Source of the DNA: Felis catus
Taxonomy: Eukaryota
Assembly (NCBI RefSeq): GCF_018350175.1
Contig: NC_058368.1
Location: forward strand, 77,068,001-77,132,000
Direction of reading: 5' to 3'
Length of the DNA: 64,000 nt
Shown piece after piece: positions 49,560 to 61,508 of the stretch. Both the position numbers and the translations under genes were made by a program. Every line of letters begins with the position of its first letter. Within the stretch, counting starts at the first letter, position 1. The notes below the pieces were generated by a model, which had not been told where the DNA came from, ran no database searches, and saw only the letters and a list, made by a program, of their open reading frames with translations.

Positions 49560-50330
49560 TATTTGTAGAGACACAGGGTCTCCTTGAAAGCAGGGGAGGG
49601 CAGGGAGCCGCGGAGAAGAAAACAGCCCCGGGTCTGGCTGCCGATTGCCTTTTTTATTCACTTGAAAAGCCTGTGGGTGATTGATTTGTGACTGGATACA
49701 GCTGTTGCCTCTTCTCCCGCCCGGACCCCGGAGCCCGTGCCCGCCAAGCGCTGCTGACATCCCGCGGCACGCTCAGAAAGTGGCGATTATGATGTGGATG
49801 CTAATTGGTTCGCTCCACCACATTTTCCTTGGAAGTGTGGCCGACTTGCAATTTTCAATGGCCAGGGGGGACGGGAACAGCGTGCGCGAGACTTCCTGCT
49901 TTGCTGAATTGTTTCCAAAGTGCTCCTGGATCAAACGCGGGCTAATCCCGGAAGCAGGGGCTGGCGGAAGGCGGCCGAGGGTTGAGAAGGCTCGGGTGGC
50001 CCTGGCTTGCTGTCGGTGCAAGAGCTGAGGGCGACAGACAGGCTGGACGAGGCCCGGCCACCCAGCCTCGGTGGTGGAATGCAGGCCTCTGAGCGACTCC
50101 GATCAGGACAGACTTGCAGGGGAATTTCACTTCTGGAGAACTCAGTCTTCTGCAAGTGCCTTGAGCCTTCCCGAAATGAGCCCACGGAGCGTGAGCAATC
50201 CCAGCTACCGGGCCAACTGTGCCTTATCCCAGAGGATAAGCCTGTGCCGACCGTGGTGGCCTTCAAAGCTGTAGGTAGCAACCCGCGAGGGCAAACTGCG
50301 ACGCAAGCAGAAAGGGCAGGTGCCTGAGAA
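49560..50330. promoter_or_regulatory. CpG-rich, repeat-free block; candidate enhancer or orphan CpG island
   Basis: Many CpGs; TGATTGAT (49678), CACTTGA (49659), CAGCTG (49699), CTAATTGG (49801). Confidence 0.4.
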
Positions 50331-50520
50331 AGCCTGAGATTGCTCTTGGATATAGTAGGAGAAAGCGAATGATGCAGGGGAAGACAGTACTATAGCACAG
50401 AGAGGTCACTGGGAACACACAGCACAAGACAGATGACCTCCATGTCGTCCTGGTTGAGTGGGTTGCCGCTTTCAGCTGAGTGGGGAGCCCAGAGCCCCAC
50501 CCGGGGAGGCCGGCGTTGGA

Positions 50521-50644
50521 GCAGAGCCTTTGGCCATCTTGTTCTGCTCGTGCCCCAACAGCTGAGCCTTTGGCCATCTTGTTCTGCTCGTGCCCCAACA
50601 GCTGAGCCTTTGGCCATCTTGTTCTGCTCGTGCCCCAACAGCTG
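50521..50644. repeat. 40-bp tandem repeat, 3 copies
   Basis: gctgagcctttggccatcttgttctgctcgtgccccaaca x3, with one mismatch in the first copy. Confidence 0.97.
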
Positions 50645-51024
50645 GCTGACTCCTGCTCCCTCTCCTCACCATCCCCGAGAGCTTCCACTTCAGCGCAGCC
50701 CCTCTGATTGCTGCTTTGACCTTGGGTAGACCGTCTCCATGGTTGCCAGCCAGCTCTTCCCTCTGGAAGCTTTTCTCCGTCTTCCCTTCGCTGCGGCCCA
50801 TCCCCATGGGCAGCCCTGACCTTGGCATCTCGGGGCCTCTGCTCGCGGGAAGTTTGCACGAGCGGACCCCGTTCAAGCAGTAAGATGTGGAGGGGTGGAT
50901 ATTAATGACACTGCTTTTCACAAGCGTTACAAACCCGGAGCTTCGGTCAGAAGCGCAGAAGCGAGCAGGCCTCCCTTCTCCGGCCCTGCCGCGGTGCTCG
51001 GGGCCCTCCCTGGGAGGGAGCCTA

Positions 51025-51250
51025 AGACAGTGGACAGATTCAGAATGGGTAGGTGGACCCGGGGGGTTCGAGTCCCAGCTGTGCCCGAGAGCCCCTGTCT
51101 AGTCTGACAAACGCGGCCACCTCTCTGGGTCCACTTTTCTCATCAGTGGGTGGTAAGGGTGGGATGAAGCGTGCTAAAAATAACACCATTTGGGGCGTTC
51201 ATTCCGGGGGAGGGTGGCCCTTGGTGCGTCATAGGTTCTCAAAACTGTAT
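51025..51250 (+). mobile_element. MIR
   Basis: gggttcgagtcccagctgtgcc...cacctctctgggtccacttttctcatc. Confidence 0.6.
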
Positions 51251-52556
51251 ATTTTCCATTAATTCCGTCCTCAAATATCTGAACCCTCCTGTGTGCCAGC
51301 AACTGGTCTCGTCACCAAGCATGCAAGAGTGAACAGAGAGATTTCCTCTCTAGCACCTTCCTGTTTTCCTAAGCACCTGCGCCTTTCGGCCACCATGGAG
51401 GCCGTGGTGGGAGCACTGTCCTATCTCTGAGAATCCCCCCTGCCCTCCTTGTTGGCTGTTCCTGCCTAGTGGTAAACGGTGTGCTGAGGGAGGCCCTCAC
51501 TCCACATAGGTGGGTATGTCCTGTTCCAGGATTGCAGAGTGCCGCTGGAGAGCCTCTCGGTCTCTGTCTCTGCCTCTCTGTATACCTGTCGCTTTCTCTA
51601 ATTCTCTTTCTTATGCACACACATGCACACACGCGTGCACGCACACACACACACACGCACACACTCACCACCTCCCTCCCGACCGGGTCAAATGCGTGCT
51701 CCCCGCTGGAGCTTAAACCCTTCTGTGGCCTCTCAAGAGACCCCTACGTGCATTCCCTACAACAGCTGTGAAACAGATTTCCCACAGCCGAGCCCCGGCC
51801 TTGACTTCCTTACACCCAGCAGACAACCCCACTCTCTGGGTTTCTCATAAAACTTTCTCACCGAATTCCCCAGGGTCTCAATTTAATCAGGATCCTGTAT
51901 AGACCCCCGTGCTTCTAAAATCTGTGATGAGACGCATTCCGCTTGTTAGAAAGCTCCCCATCTCCTTTTGTGCGCGTATCTCTAACCTCAAGATTTCTCG
52001 GCATCTCTATCCATTTCCTCCTCCACGCCAGGAACTAGGCTCCATGTTGCTTGTTGAGGGGAAGCTTCCTCCCCAGCTCTCCAACGCTGTCTCCTTGGTG
52101 CCTTTGAGCTGATGTGTCTCTCATTCATCACTTTCCCATTCCCTTCTCCTCCGCCAGTCTCTGTCCTCCCCAATTTGTCCACATTTTTCCAGTCTTTGTT
52201 GACATAATCGAACATCGGAAGCCTACCTTTATTTTACCCAGCTACACAATCGTCTTCCCATTCTTTTTTATCCTTTAACCACCTACACAAACTTCTTGCA
52301 AAGTCTTTTCAAGCCAATATATTTTGCCAATGAAGATGTAATTCCTAAACGTATATTTGCATACCTATGTACATCTACATATTTTGTTAACTGAATAACA
52401 AGGTATTTTACTAGCATCCATTTTCTTAGCATTTTCTTTTTACTCCTTGTTTTCTATCTTCACCATTGTAATAAAATATTTTTACGCCAGACTATAAACT
52501 GGCATTTTTTAGGATTTTTTTTTTTTTTGGTAGGTTTTTCTCCCACCGACCTTCTA

Positions 52557-52778
52557 AATTTTTTTTTTTCTCAACGTTTACTTATTTATTTTTGGGACAG
52601 AGAGAGACAGAGCATGAACGGGGGAGGGGCAGAGAGAGAGGGAGACACAGAATCGGAAACAGGCTCCAGGCTCCGAGCCATCAGCCCAGAGCCCGACGCA
52701 GGGCTCGAACTCCCGGACCGCGAGATCGTGACCTGGCTGAAGTCGGACGCTTAACCGATTGCGCCACCCAGGCGCCCC
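52557..52778 (-). mobile_element. Young felid CAN-SINE
   Basis: TSD ctcccaccgaccttct. Confidence 0.96.
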
Positions 52779-52873
52779 AGCTCCCACCGACCTTCTTATC
52801 CACACAGGACTGCTGATCGGTTGTAAATGAAAACGTCTCCCCAGGATGATTCTGTCACATTCTTGGTCTAAGC

Positions 52874-53078
52874 CAGAGATTGGCAAACTTTTTCTGTAAA
52901 GGGCCAGATAGCAAATATTTTCAGCTTTGAGGACCATATGGTTATTGTCGAAACTACTCAACTCTGCCCTGGAGCAGGAAAGCAGCCAGAGACGATATGT
53001 AAACAAGCTGGCATGGCTGTGCTCTCATAAAACTGTTTACACACACAGGCACTGGCCTCCAGCCCGGCAGACCCCAGT
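52874..53078. mobile_element. MER58A-like hAT MITE
   Basis: cagagattggcaaactttttctgtaaagggccagatagcaaatatttt...actactcaactctgcc...gcagacccc. Confidence 0.85.
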
Positions 53079-53134
53079 TCTAACCAAATGCTATCTCATT
53101 CCTAGGGACCCTGCTGTCCATCTCCTTGACCGTT

Positions 53135-53605
53135 TGTAGCAGACTGAACACAGGCACCGCAAAAGATAGCCACATCCTAATCTGGATCCTGCGAATGCTA
53201 CCTTGTATGTTAAGAGAAAGAGAGAAAGACAGCAGGTCTTTGCAGATGTGATTAAAGATCTTGAGACGGGGGAGGTTTTTCTGAATTATCTAGGTAGATC
53301 CCAAACACAGTCCCATTAATCCTTACAAGAGAGAAGCGCAGGGACGTTGGAGGACATGTGCACGCAGAGGAGAAGGCAATGTGGCCGTGGAGGTGAAGAC
53401 TACGGTCGTGAGGCTACAAAAGAAGAAATGCCAGCGGCCCCCAGAAACCAGAGGAGACAAGAGGCAGAGTCAGCGGCGCCTCCGTGGTCGCCCCGGGAGA
53501 CCCAGCTTGAACTTCCGGCCTCCAGAACCACAATAGAATACATTTCTTTTGTTCGAAGCCACTAAGTTTGAGGCGATTTGTTAAAGCATCACCAAGAAAC
53601 GAACA
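53135..53605 (+). mobile_element. MaLR solo LTR (MLT1C/D-like)
   Basis: ctttgcagatgtgattaaagatcttgaga...ggcctccagaacc...aagccactaagtttg. Confidence 0.85.
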
Positions 53606-53896
53606 GGCCACGGCCGCCGAGTGACCATGACCTCAGGCGCAGAACATCTTCCTGCCATCAGGTTATACCCTCACGCACCTTCACGAAGAAGAAAGCTTCT
53701 TTGTTTTCAGTGAAGTGGCCTTATTGTGGACTTTGGCTTGTAATTTTCCGTTTTTTTCTACCCTGCATCCAGCCATTGCCCTGTCACTTGAGTACCCGTG
53801 AGGATATCCAGTCCAAGAGCCAAACTCCTTGGGCAGCATGAGTCCAGTGAAGGGTTTTTTTTCACTTCACCAATACCATGTCTCCGGCTTTACTGG

Positions 53897-54428
53897 GTGT
53901 TATGGATTGAATGTCTGCAGCACCCCATCTCTCCCCCCAATTTATATATAGAAATCTTGGGGCGCCTGGGTGGCGCAGTCGGTTAAGCGTCCGACTTCAG
54001 CCAGGTCACGATCTCGCGGTCCGTGAGTTCGAGCCCCGCGTCAGGCTCTGGGCTGACGGCTCGGAGCCTGGAGCCTGTTTCCGATTCTGTGTCTCCCTCT
54101 CTCTCTGCCCCTCCCCTGTTCATGCTCTGTCTCTCTCTGTCCCAAAAATAAATAAACGTTGAAAAAAAAAATTAAAAAAAAAAAGAAATCTTAACCCCCA
54201 ATGTATTGGTGAAATCCTGACCCCAGGATTAGGAGGTGAGGCCTTTGGGAGGTGATCAGGTCATGAATCCTGAACGGGATTAGTACCTTTATGAAAGAGA
54301 CTCCACAGAGGCCTCCTGCCCCTTCCACCCTGTGGGACACACCAGAACTGCGAGAAATACATTTCTGTTGTGCGTAAGCCACCCAGTCTGCAGGATTTCT
54401 GTTACAGCACCCTGAAGGGACTGAGACT
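53897..54428 (+). mobile_element. MaLR LTR (MLT1A-like) split by a SINE
   Basis: tgttatggattgaatgt...ggaggtgaggcctttgggaggtgat...aagccacccagtct. Confidence 0.85.
53959..54183 (+). mobile_element. Young felid CAN-SINE
   Basis: TSD agaaatctt. Confidence 0.96.
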
Positions 54429-54569
54429 GAAACGGGACTGTTTAATACACGTGTGGAATGCGCGATACTTAGAAAGCATTCTGTGCACGCCCTTCCCGAG
54501 ATCAACTCACTCCTCGCCCTTCGCCCTGCCCTTTCCAGGCAAGGGCCTTCAGCCTTGTTGGACTCAACA

Positions 54570-54802
54570 TCTGTCACAATTACGAAAGCCAAAATCAGTG
54601 AGCTGTCCTGGAATCAAACTCTTACTCCTTGTAGGAACTTGGGGCAAATTACTTAATATCTCTGCGCCTCTGTTTTCTGGTCTTTAATTGTGCACGGGGT
54701 AGTAACGGTTATGGTGACAATGAAGTGAGGTGACAACGTATAAAATGCGCAGGACAGGATGCGGCCTGTGGTTAACGCTCTGTACATTTTAGCTGTTACT
54801 AT
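54570..54802 (+). mobile_element. MIR
   Basis: ggggcaaattacttaatatctctgcgcctctgtttt...gttagctgttact. Confidence 0.7.
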
Positions 54803-54905
54803 GATAGAACCAAAGAGTCTCGGGTGTGAAAAGTGCTAGATCCCGGCTTGCTGTGTTTGAAATCCCTTGTAACAATTCTGTTAAAATATTCACGACTCTT
54901 TTTTA

Positions 54906-55103
54906 AAAAAAACTTTTTAACATTTAGTTATTTTTGAAAGACAGAGACAGACCATAAGTGGGGGAGGGGCAGAGAGAGAGAGGGAGACACGGACTCCAGG
55001 CTCTGAGCTGTCAGCACAGAGCCCGACGTGGGGCTTGAACCCACGAACCGTGAGATCACGACCTGAGCCAAAGTCGGACGCTTAACTACTAAACCACCCA
55101 GGT
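54906..55103 (-). mobile_element. CAN-SINE with an internal deletion
   Basis: Body lacks the usual aatccgaagcag segment. Confidence 0.9.
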
Positions 55104-57329
55104 GACTAAACCACCCTCACATGACTTCTTGAATGCCTCCAGTAAACAAGTAGAAGGGAGACCTGGCACCTTTCCAAGTGATTCGTTCGATCGTTGGAGA
55201 GTTCTGAATTCTGTGAGGCTCACCTTTATGTTCAGGAAATCTCCATCTCCCGGAAATAGCTATTCATTCTTCCTGGAAAGGCTTCTTGGGGCCACTTCCA
55301 CCAGAGAGGCTTTTTAATATTTGAAGGTGGCCAGGATGCCCCCTTCATATTATGTTGTCCTATGAGCTAGACAGCCCATATCTCTAACTCGTTCCCCTAT
55401 GGCCTAGGTCCCCTGAGCATCTCCACATGGAAGGTCACATAAGTTGTCCTCACTCTAGCAGGACCCCATTAACCTCAAAACAAATGGATTAGGAACAATT
55501 GCCTGTGTTGCTTAACATCAGAGATCAGAATTTTTTTTTTTTTTTTTAGCTCTTTGGAAATCATAGCTCACACACAAGAATGGCAATTCTCTCTTTATCC
55601 GGGGTCATTCAGGAACGAGCTGTGCTATGTTTGAGACTTTTCCAAATAACTTAATATTAACCTTTTAAACGCCAACTTTTCTTCAGTAACCGTTCATTTT
55701 GTAAGTGTGATTTGACTACTTCCTAAATTCTAAAATCTTATGGTACCAAAGTTATAGAATACATAGTCCTTACCACCTGACAGTTTAAAAACCCGAGTCA
55801 GGGATAATACACGCACACAAGCCATCACAGGGCTTGGCAGTAGCTATCCATATGAGTTGGAGCGACCCAGAAAATACGCCACAGATGTAGAGGAGGAGAG
55901 ACCATCTTGGGCAGGAGTGAACGGGGGGCATGTCACCATCAGGGCAGAAGAGAGAACGGCCCTCCAAAATGGCTAGAGTCCTAACAGGTGGAAAGGTGAA
56001 GTATAACATGACGGGAGAAATGGCATTGGGGTGGTTGAGGGTGGATGCATACAAGAAAGGGGGAGCATGAGGTCAAGTCAGGAAGCAGTAGAATTGTCGG
56101 CTGGCGTCAAGTAATGGAAACTAAAGTGCACCTGTTATGATCTTGTATGTACTGGGGGTGCAGTGTTGAGCGAGTGCAACCTTGACTTAGGTCTGGCGGT
56201 GCTTATAGACTCCTGGGACAAGGAGGAAGAATGCAAGTATTTCACGGATAAATTTGTTGTAATTCTGCTGGGACAATGAAAGAAAAATATAAGCTGCTGT
56301 GAGAATGGGTAGTAGCAGGCCCTGCAGAGTCAGAGAAGGCTTCTTGAACTTGTCGTTTAATCCGGGAGGTATTAGGACTGAGCTGGGTGCTAGAGAAGAG
56401 TGGAGATGAAGAAGCACGGAAAACGCCAGGAACCTCACAGATAATGTCTGTGAGGTAGGACGGAGGGCGTCTTCTCAATAGAACCTGGAGAAGTGTTCAG
56501 AGTAAAGAGGCGAAAAGCAGGCTAAGGGCGGGGCATCGGATTGTGGGGATTAATCCTAACAGCAGTAGAGTTGGCACAATCTAAGCAGGCACCATCAGGC
56601 ACCATTTGAAAAATGTTGTGTGGTCAAAGAGTTGGAGGGGCAGGATAGATTTGCCAGCAGAGTAGACGGGCTTGCCTAGGGGATGAGTTGCACCAGGAAA
56701 AGAAAAATCCTTAAAGACCCCAGGGTTTGAAAGTCAGAGGATGAAAGGTACGGCAAATGCGGACATCTTGGAAGACTGGGGGCCATGAAGGACCATGAAC
56801 CTAACCAACAAAGTCAAGACGTAATTTCGGCATCTCCTTCCAACTCAAATACATCTTTTCCAACAACGACATTTTAGATCCATGAAGCCCAAAGTTACCT
56901 CTCTACGTCCTAAAACTCCCAATATTCATTTTCTTGCTTTTCCTTCCTAAGACTCATTACTTGCCAGCCAGAAATATATATTTTTAACAAGCCTGTCACT
57001 TCTATAGCCTGTAAGTTCCTAATCTATTTCTTATTCATTCTGAATCACCAAAGCACCTAACAGAGAGATTTGCACACAATGAATACTTAGTGTTTATTGA
57101 ATAAAAGAATGATCTCGTTTGTGTAAAATGAAGATAAACTGTAGCTATGATCAAGAAGGATGGCTGAGGAGAGAGAGCACACATCAGGTAGGGAAGCATG
57201 CTGGTGGGGCTTCCGGGAAGCAGAAGTTATTAACAGCACAAATAAGAGGAAGAAATGGCTTTTTAAGTGAAATTATCAGGGTTAGGCGATCCCATCCCAT
57301 TGTATGGTTTAAACACTTTTATGCATCGA

Positions 57330-57634
57330 TGAGTCCCTGATTTACACATCCAGGCTTTGTCTCTCCTCTGAGCTCCAAATTCATATATTCAGCTGTTGAC
57401 CGGGCATGTCCACGTGGTTCTCCCATCCTGGATTCCATTCTTCTTCTAGTGCTCCCCACGTCCTTTGCTGGCATCACAATCATGACCTGCTCAAGAATCA
57501 TGTTTGATTCTGGGCTCTCTCTTCTCTCGTCTTCCCTATCCTCTCCCTTCCCACCTGGCCCCATATAAGCTCACCAGCAAATCTGGCTCTAAATTAAATT
57601 ATATTCTTAAAAAATTTTTTAATGTTTATTTACT

Positions 57635-57676
<42 letters not shown>

Positions 57677-58620
57677 CACGAGCCAGGGGAGGGGCAGAGA
57701 GAGAGGGAGACACAGAATCGGAAGCAGGCTCCAGGCTCTGAGCTGTCAGCACCGAGCCTGATGTGGGGGCTCGAACTCACGAACCATGAGATCATGACCT
57801 GAGCCGAAGTCAGACACTTAACTGACTGAGCCACCCAGGCACCCCTCCATTAAATTATATTCTAAAGTGGACTTTCTTTTCTCATTGCCTCCACTCTGGC
57901 TATCTTTGTCTTGTCATCTTTCATCTGGAATATCTCCGAAGCCTCCTGATGGGGGGTCTTATCTCCTGTCTCCCTTATCTTTCTGTAGTCCATTCTGCAA
58001 ACGCAGACAATGAGCTTCTACAAATGGAAGAATGGCATCCCACTGCTTAAAGCCCTCCAGGGTTGCCACTGTATGTAGACAAAACTCAAGATTCTGAGCT
58101 CGCAACTGCCTACCTACCTCGCCGACTTCATCTAAGTGTCTCTTGACATCCTTTCCTCGAGCTAGCCCTTCTCAGTTGTGGTTCTTTGACAGATGTAACC
58201 ATAGAGCCCTAAGCATGCAACATGCCTAATGGCTTCTCTTCTGGGCATCTAGAATGGTACCAAACTTGAAAACACTGAGAACATTGCTACTCAGGTCATT
58301 TCCATAAGGTTTAATTCTCTTGGCAATCCTGATGGAGAAAGCTTTCCGGACCTGTAGACAAAAAAGATGTTCTCCTTGCCACTTGAACACTAATACTTGC
58401 CTCCAGGCCTTTGCACTTACTCTTTTCCTGGCCAGGATTTCTCTTTTCCTAGAACCTCACGGAGCTGGCTCCTTCCCATCACCAGGACTCAGTTCAAAAG
58501 CTTCAAAAGTAAAAGTGTCGCTTCCCCAAAAGGCCTTCCAGACCCACCCTTTCTAAGGTAGCCCCATGTGCCCACCCTTCTCCATTTCGTTGCCCTCATA
58601 AGTTATACTGTGAATGTAGT
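57330..58620 (+). mobile_element. Fragmented L2 relic
   Basis: tctctcctctgagctccaaattcatatattcagctg...; cactgcttaaagccctccagggtt...; ggcctttgcacttactctt... Confidence 0.65.
57610..57845 (-). mobile_element. CAN-SINE
   Basis: TSD taaattatattct. Confidence 0.95.
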
Positions 58621-59239
58621 TATTTTTTGTTTCCTTAACTAGAAGATTTAAAAAATTATAGCACTGATTAGATGTGCACAAGTGTGGCTTTCTACATTTG
58701 TCTTTACTATGATTGTGTGCCTTAATTTTGCATCTGTTGTAGACAACACCACCAATAAGCCAAATTCCAGGTATTGTAGTCGACCATAGTTTACCTCCCT
58801 CAAGGCTGCTCTTAATGTCAATGCTCAGCCTTTCTGGCTGCCTCTGTTCCTCCCTCTCTGTTCTTCCTTCTGAGATGACCTCTGGGGCTCACACTTCTAT
58901 GACACTGTGGAAAGGTCTTTCATCGACGTCTTGCCGAGGGGGTCTGGGGTGGTTGGTCTTGGAGCCTCACCTGTGCGCATTAGCTACAGTCACCTGTTTC
59001 CCTTGTTGCAGCCTACGGTCATCAGAAACACATTTTTAAACTCTTCTTTCAACAGACAATTTGTTTCTTCCAGTTTGCTTATCTTTGCTGTTTTGCTCCC
59101 ATCCTTCCTTTCTTGGGAAGCCCAGGGCTGCTTCTATGCGACCCTGGCAGCGAAACTGCCTGGGACACGTGTGGCATCATCAGCTGCACTCGTGGGATGG
59201 TCTGGGCAGCATAACATGGTCGTTGGGCCTCTGGTAGCA

Positions 59240-59560
59240 GTCAGGATAGGCTATGTCACGCCACGGTAACTGGCGGCTCCCAAAGATGGGTGGCTTACAG
59301 AAGTGCTGGTACGTTATTGCTCAAACACCCACTGAGGTTTGCTGCTAATCCCTCCAGGACTTAGGAGATCTAATCCCTCCAGCACCCAGCAGGTGCAAGA
59401 AACTGGCGTCTCCAACATGACACGACGCGTGGCGTTTCCACTCATGTGTGATCGGCCAAAGCAAACCACGTGGCCGCTCCCAATGTTGAGGACGAGGCCA
59501 GTACAATCCTACTGCAGGCCCAGGAAGATATCTGGGGAGGATTGCTAATTGCCAACGACC
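59240..59560. mobile_element. Old MaLR LTR (MLT1J/K-like)
   Basis: gtcaggataggctatg...gtggcttaca...tccactca...ggccaaagcaaaccacgtggcc...tacaatccta. Confidence 0.55.
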
Positions 59561-59608
59561 TTCACAGCCATCGTGCCTGACGCCTCCCCCGGTCACTATA
59601 CCTCCACA

Positions 59609-59762
59609 GCAGTGGCTCCTGGGCTGGAGTGAGCATCGGGGCCACCGGAGGGCTTGATAAACAGAGTGCGGAGTCTCACCCCGGAGTTTCTGATTCAGCA
59701 GAATCTGCATTTCCCAGGCGCAGGTGATGCGCTTGGCGGGGGAGCATCTCGGAGACAGCTGC
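59609..59762. mobile_element. MER5A-like hAT MITE
   Basis: cagtggctc...caccggagggcttgataaacaga...gagtttctgattcagcagaatctgcatttc. Confidence 0.75.
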
Positions 59763-60241
59763 TACTCCAGCACTCAGCAGCCCTGTTGGTTGCGAGGCCT
59801 CTCTAAGAGGATGCGGCAGCACCCTGGAGAGTAAATACATCCCGTGCGATTCTTTTAAGAAACCAAGGATTTCCTTAGAGCTTCTGTTATCTCGGCACCT
59901 TCCACCACCGGCTGGTGCTCCTGGGATGAAGCGCAGGCCCACTTCCCCAGTCCAAGCAGTAGACTTTGGTCACATCCAATATTCTGTTCAATACACTTTT
60001 AAAAATTGGAGATTGACCATTAGTATACAAAGTACAGTGCAGAGGTTTGATTCCCTTTGCTGGTGATCTTGGCAAGGTTTAGGTAGAAACTGACATCTCT
60101 TTCCACCCTTTCATGGTCATGCCCTGATTCTAATAGGAAGGTTTTGGGCAAATTAATGATTATCTTAAAAAGTACACCGTACTTGAAGGAGTAAACACGA
60201 TTTATTCTTGCAAAGTACATATGCCTTAAGTTAGGTCGTGA

Positions 60242-60251
60242 GGGGATTCCC
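60242..60251. promoter_or_regulatory. Consensus NF-kB site GGGGATTCCC
   Basis: Exact match to GGGRNNYYCC in a repeat-free block; function not shown. Confidence 0.35.
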
Positions 60252-61296
60252 TGAGGAACTTGCTTTAATAAATGGAAAAGTGACGTTGTTTGAGAAGGTT
60301 TTTGTGAGCTGCTAACGTTCGGCGCTGTAATTTATTTGTAACAAAGAAGGATTTTGCTGAGGTGAAAATTGGCCCACACGTTCACAAATGCCACATTATT
60401 GGAGTACGCTTCCGTGAGGTTCAGCTCTGTTACAAGTCACGTTGGACACACTTGGGTTGGGTGTAGGGGCGCAGTGTTGGTGAGGGTGGCTCTGTTTCAT
60501 CAGAGTAAGTTTCTCCCCACACGAATCATCATACCCTGAAATGCCACGCTATTTCTGCAACATTTGGTGAAGCCAGCTGATATTTTTAAATGGATGTTTA
60601 TCACCTCTCTGCTAGGTCCCATAAACACGTTTGCCTCCCCTCAGGCTGGAGGAGAGGGTTGGGGAGCCATCTCTGTGAGGGCTCCATGACAACATTTTCT
60701 TTTCGAGAATGTTAATCTGTTCTTCACCATTAAGACACAATGTTCTTTATTTTTATAATAGCTTTCGCTTCTCATTATAAAATAATACATATTCATTGTA
60801 GAAAGTTTAGAAAACACAAGAGAGAGAAAGAACAAAATCCACCTTTAATTCTATTCCTGAGCACTATTACTCATATATTAATTTATATTCTTTTATTCTT
60901 TTTGTACTTATCAACATGTCTTTTAATAAAAACGCAAAACGATCATTTACATGGTTAGGTAATCTACTTTTTCGAAGACCGAAATATCAGCAGCTTTTCC
61001 CCAAATCATTAAATATCATCTGCACAAATAATCCCTGCATTATGATTCTATTTCAATAAATATTTTGAATTTTATTGAAAAGAAAGCAATGAACTCAAGC
61101 TTTCTTACTCGAGTCACTGGCAGGGAAAGCACTTTTTGGGTAATTCATGATTTAAAGCATGGGACAGGTGATCAATTAATGGTCATATTAGAATCTTTAA
61201 ATACTTATGCTTTCGCTAGTCTCTGTGAGGGCCACCAAATTATTTTGTAGCAGTGGCTTCCTGCACAGAAAGTAGCTGTTCAAGTCGCTGCAATAA

Positions 61297-61508
61297 TTTT
61301 TTTTTCAACGTTTATTTATTTTTGGGACAGAGAGAGACAGAGCATGAACAGGGGAGGGGCAGAGAGAGAGGGAGACACAGAATCGGAAACAGGCTCCAGG
61401 CTCCGAGCCATCAGCCCAGAGCCTGACGCGGCGCTCGAACTCACGGACCGCGAGATCGTGACCTGGCTGAAGTCGGACGCTTAACCGACTGCGCCACCCA
61501 GGCGCCCC
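61297..61508 (-). mobile_element. Young felid CAN-SINE
   Basis: TSD gtcgctgcaataattt. Confidence 0.96.

Noticed and set aside
50521..50644. CRISPR-like appearance of the 40-bp repeats
   Set aside because: No spacers, no cas genes, and a mammalian context.
50263..50921. Minus-strand ORFs with repeated peptides
   Set aside because: The repeated peptides come from the 40-bp tandem repeat cycling through frames.
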